Shown one piece after another: positions 26,356-37,292 of a stretch of 64,000 nucleotides of DNA. The DNA is from Octopus sinensis. Its lineage: Eukaryota. The notes below the pieces were generated by a model. The model saw only the letters and a list, made by a program, of their open reading frames with translations. It was not told the DNA's origin and searched no databases. The stretch is from NCBI RefSeq assembly GCF_006345805.1, contig NC_043007.1, forward strand, positions 2,728,001 to 2,792,000. The letters run 5' to 3'. Position numbers and translations under genes: made by a program. Every line of letters begins with the position of its first letter. Position 1 is the stretch's first letter.

Positions 26356-27084
26356 TGCATAATACTAACACACAGACACACAGACGCTCTCACACACATA
26401 TGCAGTCCTTGAATTAAATACATTCTCTTGTTAATGTAAATTTGCTATTTTTAGAGTATGTAACAACCCTCCCCTAGACTTTGACACGCATACTTATGTA
26501 ATCTATATTTTTTAAACTCATGTAATCTATATCTTTTAAAATATTCATTAAAAATCATAACAATATTTTACTCTTCACAATTCACATCTCGCTCTCTCAT
26601 TCTCCTTGTAAATATTTTGGGCATACAAGCCCAAGCATACACACACACACACACACACACATACAGACAGAGACATGCACAAACACACACGCATACACAC
26701 ACACAATCGGGTTTCAATCTACATTAATTTTATTCTTCGCTTCTAGTTTCAGAACGCATAGATTTCAAAACGCTGTTTAACTGAGTTTATCTTAATCACA
26801 AATATAAATCTGAGGTTCACGAACGGTTAAGGTCCTGTTTCGCCGCTGACTAAGCATTACGTGCCTATAAATATTTATAGGCATCACCAAACGAGAAACA
26901 TTGTTCTTTAGACCAGTATATATTTATTTCTATTAAAGTAGACATTGGATATGTTTTCAGTTGATATCATTCGATATGTTATGATATAAAACCGAAATTT
27001 GTTTATATTTATGCAATATTAATATCACGCAGCACTCTGGGAAACTTTGTATGAATGTGGGTTGTTGATGTTTTACGAGGCATT

Positions 27085-27115
27085 TTTTGATAATAATAAT
27101 ATAATGATGATGATG

Positions 27116-27166
<51 letters not shown>

Positions 27167-27187
27167 TTTATGATGATAATAATAATT

Positions 27188-27233
<46 letters not shown>

Positions 27234-27258
27234 CAACAACAATAATATTAATAATAAT
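27085..27258. repeat. (AAT)n microsatellite
   Basis: Seen directly. Confidence 0.97.
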
Positions 27259-27420
27259 GATTTCAAATTTTGCCACAAGTACAGCAATCTTGTGGGAGGA
27301 TAATGGGTCGATGTAATGGACTCATCACCTTCCCCGAAGATTTCTGCACTTGTGGCAAAATTTGAAACCAGTGTTCAAGTGATATTTATTTTATCGACCC
27401 CGGAAGGATGAAAAGCAAAT

Positions 27421-27916
27421 AGGCACTGTTTGTCATTGCTCCTGATCTTACTGGCGGGAAGTGTTATCATTTACAACTTATGTCTAGGTAGAAAAGATGG
27501 CCTACGACAAATATTCTGCTCAATTCCGCAAATTTGCTTGTTAGTTGTATGACCTTAACCAGTTGAGCATGTCTCTTAGTGACTGACGATATGTGCATCT
27601 CTCATCGCGAGCAGAGTTAGTGGGAGACATGATGGCCATGAGTTGAGAGGAATTCTTTGGGGTTTGAATAATTCACCTCTGGAAATGTGGGTGTTTCACG
27701 ACCCTTATTCAGGGTCGTTTTGAGCACGATGGGCTACTAAACGTGAAGAAATCACTAACTGGGCCTCCACCTGCAAGGTCACGTGCTATTTATGGTGATA
27801 TGAGATCATCATGTAACGTACATAGGACTTTGTTTCATGTTCCTGGTGTACCTTTATCAGACGGGTGGTCATGTTGGGTAAATTGGGCTTCGCATATTTG
27901 TAACCCAGTGTCATTC
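27421..27916 (+). mobile_element. Repeat family F (~560 bp, unclassified), copy 1
   Basis: Homologous to four other copies; ends at (AAT)n; strand assigned by convention. Confidence 0.8.
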
Positions 27917-27963
27917 AATAATAATAATAATGATGATGATGATAAATACAATAAATATGGATG

Positions 27964-28330
27964 GAAGCACTGCGTCGGTTACGACAACGAGGGTTCCGGT
28001 TGATCCGATCAACGGAACAGCCTGCTCGTGAAATTAACGTGTACCCTTAACGTGTACCCTTAACGTAGTTCTCGGGGATATTCAGCGTGACACAGAGAGT
28101 GACAAGGCCGGCCCTTTGAAATACAGGTACAACAGAAAGAGGAAGTAAAAGTGAGAGAAATTTGTGGTGAAAGAGTACAGCAGGGATCACCAACCCTGCC
28201 GGAGCCTCGTGGAGTGGAGCTTTCGGTGTTTTCGCTCAATAAACACTCACAACGCCCGGTCAGGGAATCGAAACCGCGATCCTCTGACCGCGAGTCCGCT
28301 GCGGTAACCACTGGGCCATTGCGCCTCCAC
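27964..28330 (-). mobile_element. Full-length SINE S3
   Basis: gtggaggcgcaatggcccagtgg..cggtttcgattccc, with A/B-box-like head. Confidence 0.9.
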
Positions 28331-29354
28331 ACAATAAATATAAGGTGTATGGAATTCGAGACATCTGTGAGGGAAGTGTTCTGACGAGTGAAGAATTATA
28401 GACTAGTGAGCAGAATCTACTTTTGAAATTGAGAATATGTTTGACTAGCTTATCCAGTTGTTCTGTTTAATCACGTGTATAAATACACGTATGATGTATA
28501 TGTTTGGAGGGTGTCAGTTAGAGATAACCGATATATTTTAATAAACTTCTGCAATATATCCCGGAGACACCAAAGTTAGTGAAATGTTATGGATGTATGT
28601 ATACACACACACACACGCACACACACACACACACACACGCATATATACATAAATACATATTCATATATACATAATATACACATAACTATACATACAAACG
28701 CACTAATAGACGTATATATATGTATATATAAACATATTTATATATATGTATATATATATATACACATATATACATAAATACATATACATATATACATATA
28801 TACATACATGTGTATACACACACACACATATGCGCACATTTATATACACGTGTGTGTGTACTACTCAAAGTATCTTGCATATCTTTATTTTATTCTATTT
28901 CAACTTATAAATCACACTTATATTTCTGCGCACGATTAAACAGGGAACAGAGAAAACGCGCCAAAATCTATTCCCATGCCCAAATAAGGATCCTGTCTTG
29001 CAGCTATAAATCTTCATTCGCAATAAAATTTGCCCGTCAGGAATAGCAAAACTTCTATTTATTGTGATGTCGTCAAAATAAGCTATGAATATAAATATTG
29101 ACGATATCAATAATTACGGTAATTCACAAAAGACGTCTTCGAAAGATGAATTTATGAAAAAACGCCATTGAATTATATATAATTCGAGGTTGTTTTAGCT
29201 GCAAATGAACTGAGAATGTGTTTGGAGATTAATGAATGTGTCAAAGGTTAATTACAGTTATCTGAGGCGGGTTTTGCCGGGCGTCTTATATGTTTCTTCG
29301 CAGAGCATTTTGCCCGAGCTCTCATGATTCCGACAGCTCCCAGAACTAACAAGA

Positions 29355-29395
29355 ACAGCAATTCAAGAACAACAACAACAGCAAAAATATTGATG

Positions 29396-29428
<33 letters not shown>

Positions 29429-29489
29429 TTAATAATAATAATGATGATGATAATAATAATAATAATATGATAATAATAATAACAATAAC

Positions 29490-29542
<53 letters not shown>

Positions 29543-29582
29543 TAATGATAACAATAATGATAATATAGTAATGATGATGATG

Positions 29583-29619
<37 letters not shown>

Positions 29620-29630
29620 TGATGATGATG

Positions 29631-29666
<36 letters not shown>

Positions 29667-29732
29667 TAATATTAATAATAATAATGGTGATGATAATAAT
29701 AATAATAATATGATAATAATAATAACAATAAC

Positions 29733-29789
<57 letters not shown>

Positions 29790-29853
29790 TGATAATAATA
29801 TAATAATAATAATAGTAATGATGATGATGATAATAATAATAATAATAATAATA

Positions 29854-29889
<36 letters not shown>

Positions 29890-29930
29890 TGATGATGATG
29901 ATGATGATGATAATAATAATAATAATAATA

Positions 29931-29987
<57 letters not shown>
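29355..29987. repeat. ~630-bp (AAT)n array
   Basis: Seen directly; explains the 255-aa poly-I/L/Y ORF. Confidence 0.97.
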
Positions 29988-29989
<2 letters not shown>

Positions 29990-30100
29990 TCGATGTGAGA
30001 ACTGTTGCTGCTCATGTATTTTAATATAACTGAAAAAAAATCTTTTTTTTTTAATTTAAAAAAAATGAACGAACTATTGAGTTTGGTTTAATGACCTACC

Positions 30101-30213
30101 AATGTATGCTATGAGTTTCTTTGCCCTAGGAGTCGGGAAGACACTCGGCAAGAAATGGAAGCAAATTTGAAAGAAGAAAAAAAAGTAATAATATAATAAT
30201 AATAATAATAATA
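30101..30213 (+). mobile_element. Very short 3'-UTR copy of an R4/Dong-like LINE with (AAT)n tail
   Basis: Matches 57541-57623 (tgccctagg..gaa.acactc..aaatttgaa.gaa). Confidence 0.65.
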
Positions 30214-30234
30214 AAATGATAAGTGGTTTGCAAT

Positions 30235-30500
30235 TTTTGAGCCTGTGGAAGGCACGCTAGATGCCGAAATATCGTTCAACCAATTTCACATGTTAACTAT
30301 GGCACTCTTCTATTTTATTTCTCTATAACTTCTTGCGGATTTACCTCATTCCTATGTAATCTTAAGCAAAAAATCTTAAAAAGCAGTCATGTAATTTGAC
30401 ATGTAATTTGTGAACCTGTGGAAGGCATGCTAGATGCCGAAATTTCGTTCAACCAAGTTCACATGATAACTGTTGCAATCTATTTTCCTTTCTAAATAAT
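30235..30500 (+). ncRNA. 173-bp tandem repeat, each unit with a hammerhead-like motif (core CUGUGGA)
   Basis: Unit 1: UUGAGC-CUGUGGA-A-GGCA(7 nt)UGCC-GAAAUAUC-GUUCAA; unit 2 core at 30416. Confidence 0.6.
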
Positions 30501-30520
30501 AATAATAGTAATAATAATAT

Positions 30521-30959
30521 ACCCTCATGTAGTGTCAAGCAGTGCCTCTCGTGGCTTCTGATCTTAACTGATTGGAAGTGTTATCATATACATTGTTTCG
30601 TCTTGGTATAAAAGATGGGCTACAGCAAATATTCTGCTCAATACCACAGATCTACCTTTCAGTTGTTTGACCATAACCAGTTGAGCATGTCCCTTAGTGG
30701 TTGATGATACTTGCATCTCTCATCACGAGCAGAAGTGGTGGTGAAGCCATGTACACAGAGGAATTCTTTGGTTTGGATACTTTACTTCTGTAAATGTGGG
30801 TGTTTCGTTCAACATCCTTAAACAAACCTTAATCAGGGAACATTTGAGTGAGATGTGCTACTCAACTTAAAGAAAATTCTAATTGGGTCCCACCCGCAGG
30901 ATCATGTGCTGTTTATCTTGATATGAAATCCCCATATTTTATATTAAGATGAGATCACC
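30521..30959 (+). mobile_element. Repeat family F, copy 2 (truncated)
   Basis: Homology to the other copies; preceded by an AAT run. Confidence 0.8.
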
Positions 30960-31538
30960 TGAAGGAGGTACCATTGAAGGAGAGCTGTGTAAGTGAAGGA
31001 GAAATCTGTAACCTCCAAAATAAAGATTATAGCATAGCAGTAACGATTACCATCCTCAACAAAATTGCTGACAGAAATGGAAAGATAAAGCAAGACAGGA
31101 ATCCATTATTGGACTATACAAGGTCATATCTGCGCCTGCGCATTAGTACGCGGCTGTGATAGATGGGATACAAATGTGGCAAACTAACATTCGTCTGTCA
31201 CACGCACATATATAACGCATATGTAGCTGGTACTAACGCATACACATCCACACGCTCTCATACACCCATGCATACACAGACGAACATACAACCAATAATA
31301 CACCCATATCAGCTCAATCATACATCTTGTGTATGTGTGTGCGTGTGTTTGCGTCAGTGTGTACATACGTGTGCGTACATACACACACATTCATACAGCC
31401 ATCGGTCTTCTTCCACATCCGGGTACTTTTAGGCGCCACTAGTTTCTGTCCAGCTGAAAAGTAATTGAAATTCACCTTTCGCTGAGCAACTGATCGCACG
31501 CTGACGTCATGTTACCCAACTTGACCAATAGCAACCGA

Positions 31539-32027
31539 TGAGAGAGCAGTGCATGCCATCAAAGTGACACTGGCTAAAATATACGAAGCCCAGTATACCC
31601 ATCATGACTGCCCCTCTGATAAGGGTACACTAGGCACATGCATCACAATCTTATTTGCACAAAATGGTGATCTCATATCAAGATAAACAGCACATGATCA
31701 CTCGGGTGGGACCCAATAAGAATTTTTTTCAGGTAGGGTAGCCTATCCTGCTCAAATGGTCTTTGAATAAAGGTTGTTTAAGGATGGCGAACGAAACACC
31801 CATGTTTCCAGAGGTGAATTATTCAAACCCCAAAGAATCTCTCTCAACACATGGCTATGATGTTCCCCCACTACTTTTCATGATCAGAGATGCACATATC
31901 GTCAGCCACCAAGGGACATGCTCAACTGGCTAAGGTCAAACAACTCACAAACAAATCGGCGTTATTGAACATAATATTTGCTGTAGTCCATCTTTTATAC
32001 CAAGACAAAACAATGTACATGATAACA
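31539..32027 (-). mobile_element. Repeat family F, copy 3
   Basis: Homology to 35326-35870. Confidence 0.85.
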
Positions 32028-32162
32028 TTTGCTTCCTTTATTGTTCCATTCGTTAATCTAAGCCTGAAAGTGGTGGAGCTTCTGTTAGAGGCCCGTGAAA
32101 CTGAGTCGCACGGAATCGAATCGAGCTGTTTTAAATAACATACATGCGTGTGTATAAATATA

Positions 32163-32225
32163 TATACAGTAATTCCTTGCCATATCGCGGTTCACTTATC
32201 ACGGTTCACCGATCGCGGGGCTTTT
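32163..32225 (+). mobile_element. Tigger/pogo-type MITE terminus fragment
   Basis: TA-CAGTAATTCCTTGCCATATCGCGGTTCAC resembles Tigger TIRs (from memory). Confidence 0.45.
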
Positions 32226-32379
32226 TGGAACACAACACACACGATAGTCGGGGGATTACTGTTATAAACACCAATTACCATCAATTTGTAGTAGTAGTAG
32301 AAATACTTATGACACATCTAACACGGTAACAACGCCGGTAAATGGAGTCGGGACTGCCTTATATACAAATAAATACGAT

Positions 32380-33021
32380 AAATGCTCATGCAGAGAAAAA
32401 TCAAAATGTCCTTTGATGAATCTCTGTACGAGTAGAAATCTTGTATATAAATGTACCGTGCACACAAGGGGAGGGCCCTATGTTTACATTGGGAAGACGG
32501 CTGATTCAATTAAGAATCGTTATGTTGTCAGCTTTAAGACAATCAATAAGAGGCATTGAACGTTTTTGGGAACCGTCCAAGAATTTGGAACTGGAGATCT
32601 CCATTTACTGCGACTTCGAGGGCCACTTCCCAGTGGTGTCGGGCGTCAACGAAGAGCCCTCGACTACAACAAGACGACCAAAGTTTTTTTTTCCAAGGTC
32701 TGGGGTCTCCCACCCCTAAGCCCTAGACCATCACCTAATCACTCTTTCCCGTCTTGTTGCTCAACAACAACAACAACATCTTTGGGAAATTTTGTATAGC
32801 GACAGAAGGAGGATAAACTGAAGCACAGCATAAATTTGTCTATAGTATGGTACGCGAAACCATACAACATAATTTCCAGGAGATGCCGTCTCTGCTCCGA
32901 GGAGTCCCTGTCTATTCTGTGGACTAACGAGAAGATATTTAATAGAACTTCTGAACGACTCTCGAGATACCTATACGCATCTAGATGTACTTTAGCACAA
33001 GGCAGCGGGAGTGAATTTTAA
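32380..33021 (+). pseudogene. Penelope-like GIY-YIG endonuclease remnant, interrupted by an insertion
   Basis: KCSCREKSKCPLMNLCTSRNLVYKCTV..VYIGKTADSIKNRY..TSLGNFV*RQKE..PYN..CRLCSEE is collinear with the 63-64 kb element. Confidence 0.85.
32573..32774 (+). mobile_element. GC-rich retroposed insertion with (CAA)n tail and 14-bp target-site duplication
   Basis: aacgtttttgggaa 32559-72 / aacatctttgggaa 32775-88. Confidence 0.7.
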
Positions 33022-33056
33022 ATATCCGTTAACATATTTTAATTTACTTTAAGGTA

Positions 33057-33452
33057 TACTCTTTTACTCTTTTACTTGTTTCAGTCATTTGACTGCGGCC
33101 ATGCTGGAGCACCGCCTTTTAATCGAGCAAATCGACACCGGGACTTATTCTTTTGTAAGCCCAGTACTTATTCTATCGGTCTCTTTTGCCGAACCGCTAA
33201 GTAACGGGGACATAAACACACCAGCATCGGTTGTCAAGCAATGCTAGGGGGACAAACACACGCACGCATATATATATGTACATATATACGACGGGCTTCT
33301 TTCAGTTTCCGTCTACCAAATCCACTCACAAGGCTTTGGTCGGCCCGAGGCTATAGTAGAAGACACTTGCCCAAGGTGCCACGCAGTGGGACTGAACCCG
33401 GAACCATGTGGTTGGTAAACAAGCTACTTACCACACAGCCACTCCTGCGCCT
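33057..33452 (-). mobile_element. Full-length SINE S1
   Basis: As for 19671-20124. Confidence 0.93.
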
Positions 33453-33969
33453 GATATGGATAACTTAATTTTACTTTTAAACTCCCCATTCTTACAAACA
33501 CCAAGTGAATAGCTAATTCGCTTTCTGATCATGAGTGCACTAAATTTCACGTATCCTTATACTCAGATTTTTGTGAATGCTTGTATGAGCGAGTGTACTC
33601 GCGCCATTCAGCTTGCCCGAGGGTGTTTATACATCCAAATTTATTAACGGTTATTTTTAATAGTTTTCTCGCTGGATTGTGTGTTCGTTTCTTTTTTTGC
33701 CATCTATGATTTTATGTTTGGTCTTCTAAATAAATGAAGGTATTTCCACCGTCTGGTTGCTTTTCTTTCTACAAAACGGGAGGTTACATTGCAAAATAGT
33801 TATTTAAACAAGTTGTATTTATTTATCTTCCGACGAGATACATCCGCAACGCTGGATGCTCCTGAACCAGTTGTTGAGTGTCCCACTCGTGAAGAATCGA
33901 TGCTAGATGGGTCGAAAAAACTGCCGTCATTAGTAATAAATTCTCGTACATACTATCTTTTCTTCAATT

Positions 33970-34009
<40 letters not shown>

Positions 34010-34024
34010 AAATATATATATATT

Positions 34025-34066
<42 letters not shown>

Positions 34067-34130
34067 TGTGTGTGTGTGTGTGTGGTGTATGCGTCTATCT
34101 ATCTCTGTCCGTCTGTCTCTCTCTCTCTCC

Positions 34131-34176
<46 letters not shown>

Positions 34177-34177
<1 letters not shown>

Positions 34178-34390
34178 CCGGAGTAAGCCGATAAATGTGA
34201 AACAAGGTGGAAGGAAGAATACTCAAATACTAAAGGTAGAGTAATATGCTTTATTTAAAAGCAGCAGAAATATTACAAAAAGTCTTACTCAGTTTCACAT
34301 TCACTTTTTTAACAAAACCTGTCCGACGAACTGGAAAGTGAAACTCTGAGTTACAGCTTTTGTTATATTTCTGTTGCTTTTAAATAAAAT
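34177..34390. mobile_element. Divergent inverted pair of hammerhead repeat family C
   Basis: 34177-34304 (minus, truncated within the HHR) and 34311-34390 (plus); TA runs on both sides. Confidence 0.85.
34311..34364 (+). ncRNA. Minimal type I hammerhead (U4C core)
   Basis: Stem I 11 of 12 bp; CCGACGA; ACU-GGAA-AGU; GAAA; ACUC-U-GAGU; GUU cleavage predicted at 34352/34353. Confidence 0.75.
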
Positions 34391-34396
34391 ATGTGC

Positions 34397-34457
<61 letters not shown>

Positions 34458-35325
34458 TTATATATGAATATATAATTTTCTCCCTCTCTCTCACACACAC
34501 ACATATGAAAGTAATGATAAGAAATATAATACATTCATAATTTTCTGATTTTTAAATATTCAGCATAATAAAAGATTTGAAAACTAAAGAATATATACAC
34601 AACTCTTTTATCAGGAGGGTGCGTAAATTATCTTAGAAAAATATTGTATTTTAAAAATATCAACTCGAACGCAATCCTTCGCTTTCATTATTCTCATTAA
34701 TGGCGAGAGTCCATTTTTATTCCAACCATATTCTTATCTATTTAGGCCTTTGCTCTGTTTATTTTCCTTTTTGCTGTTATAAATGTATTTTTCATTAGCT
34801 AAATGTATATATAGATGTAAATTAAACGGCAGAAAATAAAGAAAAAAATTAGTACAAAATTATGTGAATCTAAAAGAACCACTAAAAAATAATAAATGGA
34901 TGAAAATAAAGATTTTATGGAGAGGTTTAGATAAATTTTATGGTAGTATAATGGATGCATGAATAGATTTGCATTGTGGGACTCCATCCAGCAGATGTTA
35001 ACTCTTGCATTCTGCGTTGTTGATGAAAGAGGTATCAACCACGCTAGGCATTTCTAGCCTTTTGCCGAACCTGTAGGCTACTGTTACGCCATGTTTCATT
35101 TCATATTCGCAACGATATTCAAGAATCTATTTTCTGAGAATCTTCCTTTATGGGTGCTTCAGATATTGATTTTATATGAAATTCTCATCACAGGAATAAT
35201 TTTCTTGTTGAATTTTAAAATAATTATTGGACTAAGTTCTAGATAAACATTCGACTTAGTAACATTATGAAATGTAAATAAGTATTCGGTGAGTACCTTA
35301 GTTCAAAGACTATTATCATTATTAT

Positions 35326-35870
35326 TGAGTGAGAGCGCAGTGCATGTCATCAAAGTGACACTGGGTAAAATATACAAAACCCAGTATACCCATCATGACT
35401 GCCCCCCTGATAAGGGTACACTAGGCACATGCATCACAATCTTATTTGCACAAAATGGGGATCTCATATCAAGATAAACAGCACATGATCACTCAGGTGG
35501 GATCCAGTAAGAATTTTCTTCAGGTAGGGTAGCCTATCCTGCTCAAATGGTCTTTGAATAAGGGTTGTTTAAGGATGGTGAACGAAACACCCATGTTTCC
35601 AGAGGTGAATTATTCAAACACCAAAGAATCTCTCTCAACACGTGGCTATTATGCTCCCCCACTACTTCTGTTCCTGATCAGAGATGCACATATCGTCAGC
35701 CACTAAGAGAGATGCTCAACTTGCTAAGGTCAAACAACTCACAAACAAATCGGCGTTATTGAGCAGAATATTTGTTGTAGACCATCTTTTATACCAACGT
35801 ACATGATAACACTTCCAATCAGTTAAGATCAGAAGCCACGAGCGCCACTGCCTGGTACTGCATCAGGACA
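35326..35870 (-). mobile_element. Repeat family F, copy 4
   Basis: Flanked by ATT and ATC runs. Confidence 0.88.
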
Positions 35871-35910
35871 TCATCATCATCATCATCATCATTATTATTA
35901 TTATTATTAT

Positions 35911-36464
35911 TGAGTGAGAGAGCAGTGCATGCCATCAAAGTGACACTGGGGTAAAATATACGAAGCCCAATATACCCATCATGACTACCCGTCTGATAAA
36001 GGTACACCAGGCACATGCATCACGACCATATGTGCGCGACATGGTGATCTCATATCAAGATAAACAGCACATGACCTTGCAGGTGGGGCCCAGTTAGAAT
36101 TTTCTTCAGGTTGAGTAGCCCATTCCGCTCAAAAGGTCCCCGAATAAGGGTTGTTTAAGGATGTTGAAAGAACCACCCATGTTTCCAGAGGTGAATTATT
36201 CAAACCCCAAAAATCCCTCTCAACACATGGCTATGATGCTCCCCCACTACTTCTGCTCGTGATCAGAGATGCACATATCGTCAGCCACTAAGGGACATGC
36301 TCAACTGGTTAAGGTCAAACAACTGATAAGCAAACCTGTGGTATTGAGCAGAATATTTGCTGTAGCCCATCTTTTATACCAAGACAAAACAATGTACATG
36401 ATAACACTTCCAATCAGTTAAGATCAGAAGCCATGAGAGCCACTGCCTGGTACTGCATCAGGGC

Positions 36465-36466
<2 letters not shown>
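35911..36466 (-). mobile_element. Repeat family F, copy 5 (apparently complete)
   Basis: (ATT)n on both sides. Confidence 0.9.
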
Positions 36467-36531
<65 letters not shown>

Positions 36532-36559
36532 GTTATTATTATTATTATTATCATTATTA

Positions 36560-37292
36560 AAGCGGTGAACTGGCAGAATAGTTAGCACGCCGGGCTAAAT
36601 ACTTAGCGTTATTTCGGCTGGCGGTACGTTCTGAGTTCAAATGCTACCGAGGTCATCTTTGCCTGTCATCATTTCGGAGTCGATAAAATTAGTACCAGTT
36701 AAGCACTGGTCGATTTAATCGACTTAATCCCTTTCCCCAAATTTGAGGCCTTGTGCTTCCGGTAGCAAGGATTATTATTATTATTGTTGTTGTTGATAAT
36801 AATATTATTATTATTATTGTTATTATCATTATTGAAGGCGGTGAGCTGGCATAATTGTTACCATGCTGGACGAAAGGATTAGCGGTATTTTGCCCGCTGC
36901 TACGTTCTGAGTTCAAATTACGCCGAGGTCAGCTTTACCTTTCATTCTTTCGTGTGTCGATAAATTAAGTCCCAGTAGCATATTGGGGTCGATGTGATCG
37001 ACCTGCCCCAACTCCTCCAAACTTTCAGGCCTTTTACCTTCAGTAGAAATGATTATTATCATTATTCTTATTTGCCTTGAACATAAACTGGCAGAATCGT
37101 TAGCTTGCCAGGTAAAATTCTTGACAGCCTTTCATCCGTCTTCCCATTCTCAGTTCAAATACCACCGAAAGTTATTTTGCCTTTCATCCTTTCGGGGTCG
37201 ATAAAATAAACACCAGTTAAGCACTGAGGTCGATGTAATCGACTTACCTCCACGTCCCCTGAACTGCTTGCTGGCCTTGGACCAAAATTTGA
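36560..37292 (+). mobile_element. Three head-to-tail SINE S2 copies separated by ATT-rich runs
   Basis: Heads at about 36560, 36836 and 37086. Confidence 0.88.

Noticed and set aside
29248-30015. 255-aa ORF
   Set aside because: Translation of the (AAT)n array
36410-36466. HDV-like ribozyme at the end of repeat family F
   Set aside because: P1- and P2-like pairings exist, but L3 (UCCUCG), the P1.1 GG and P4 are missing, and P3 pairs in only one copy
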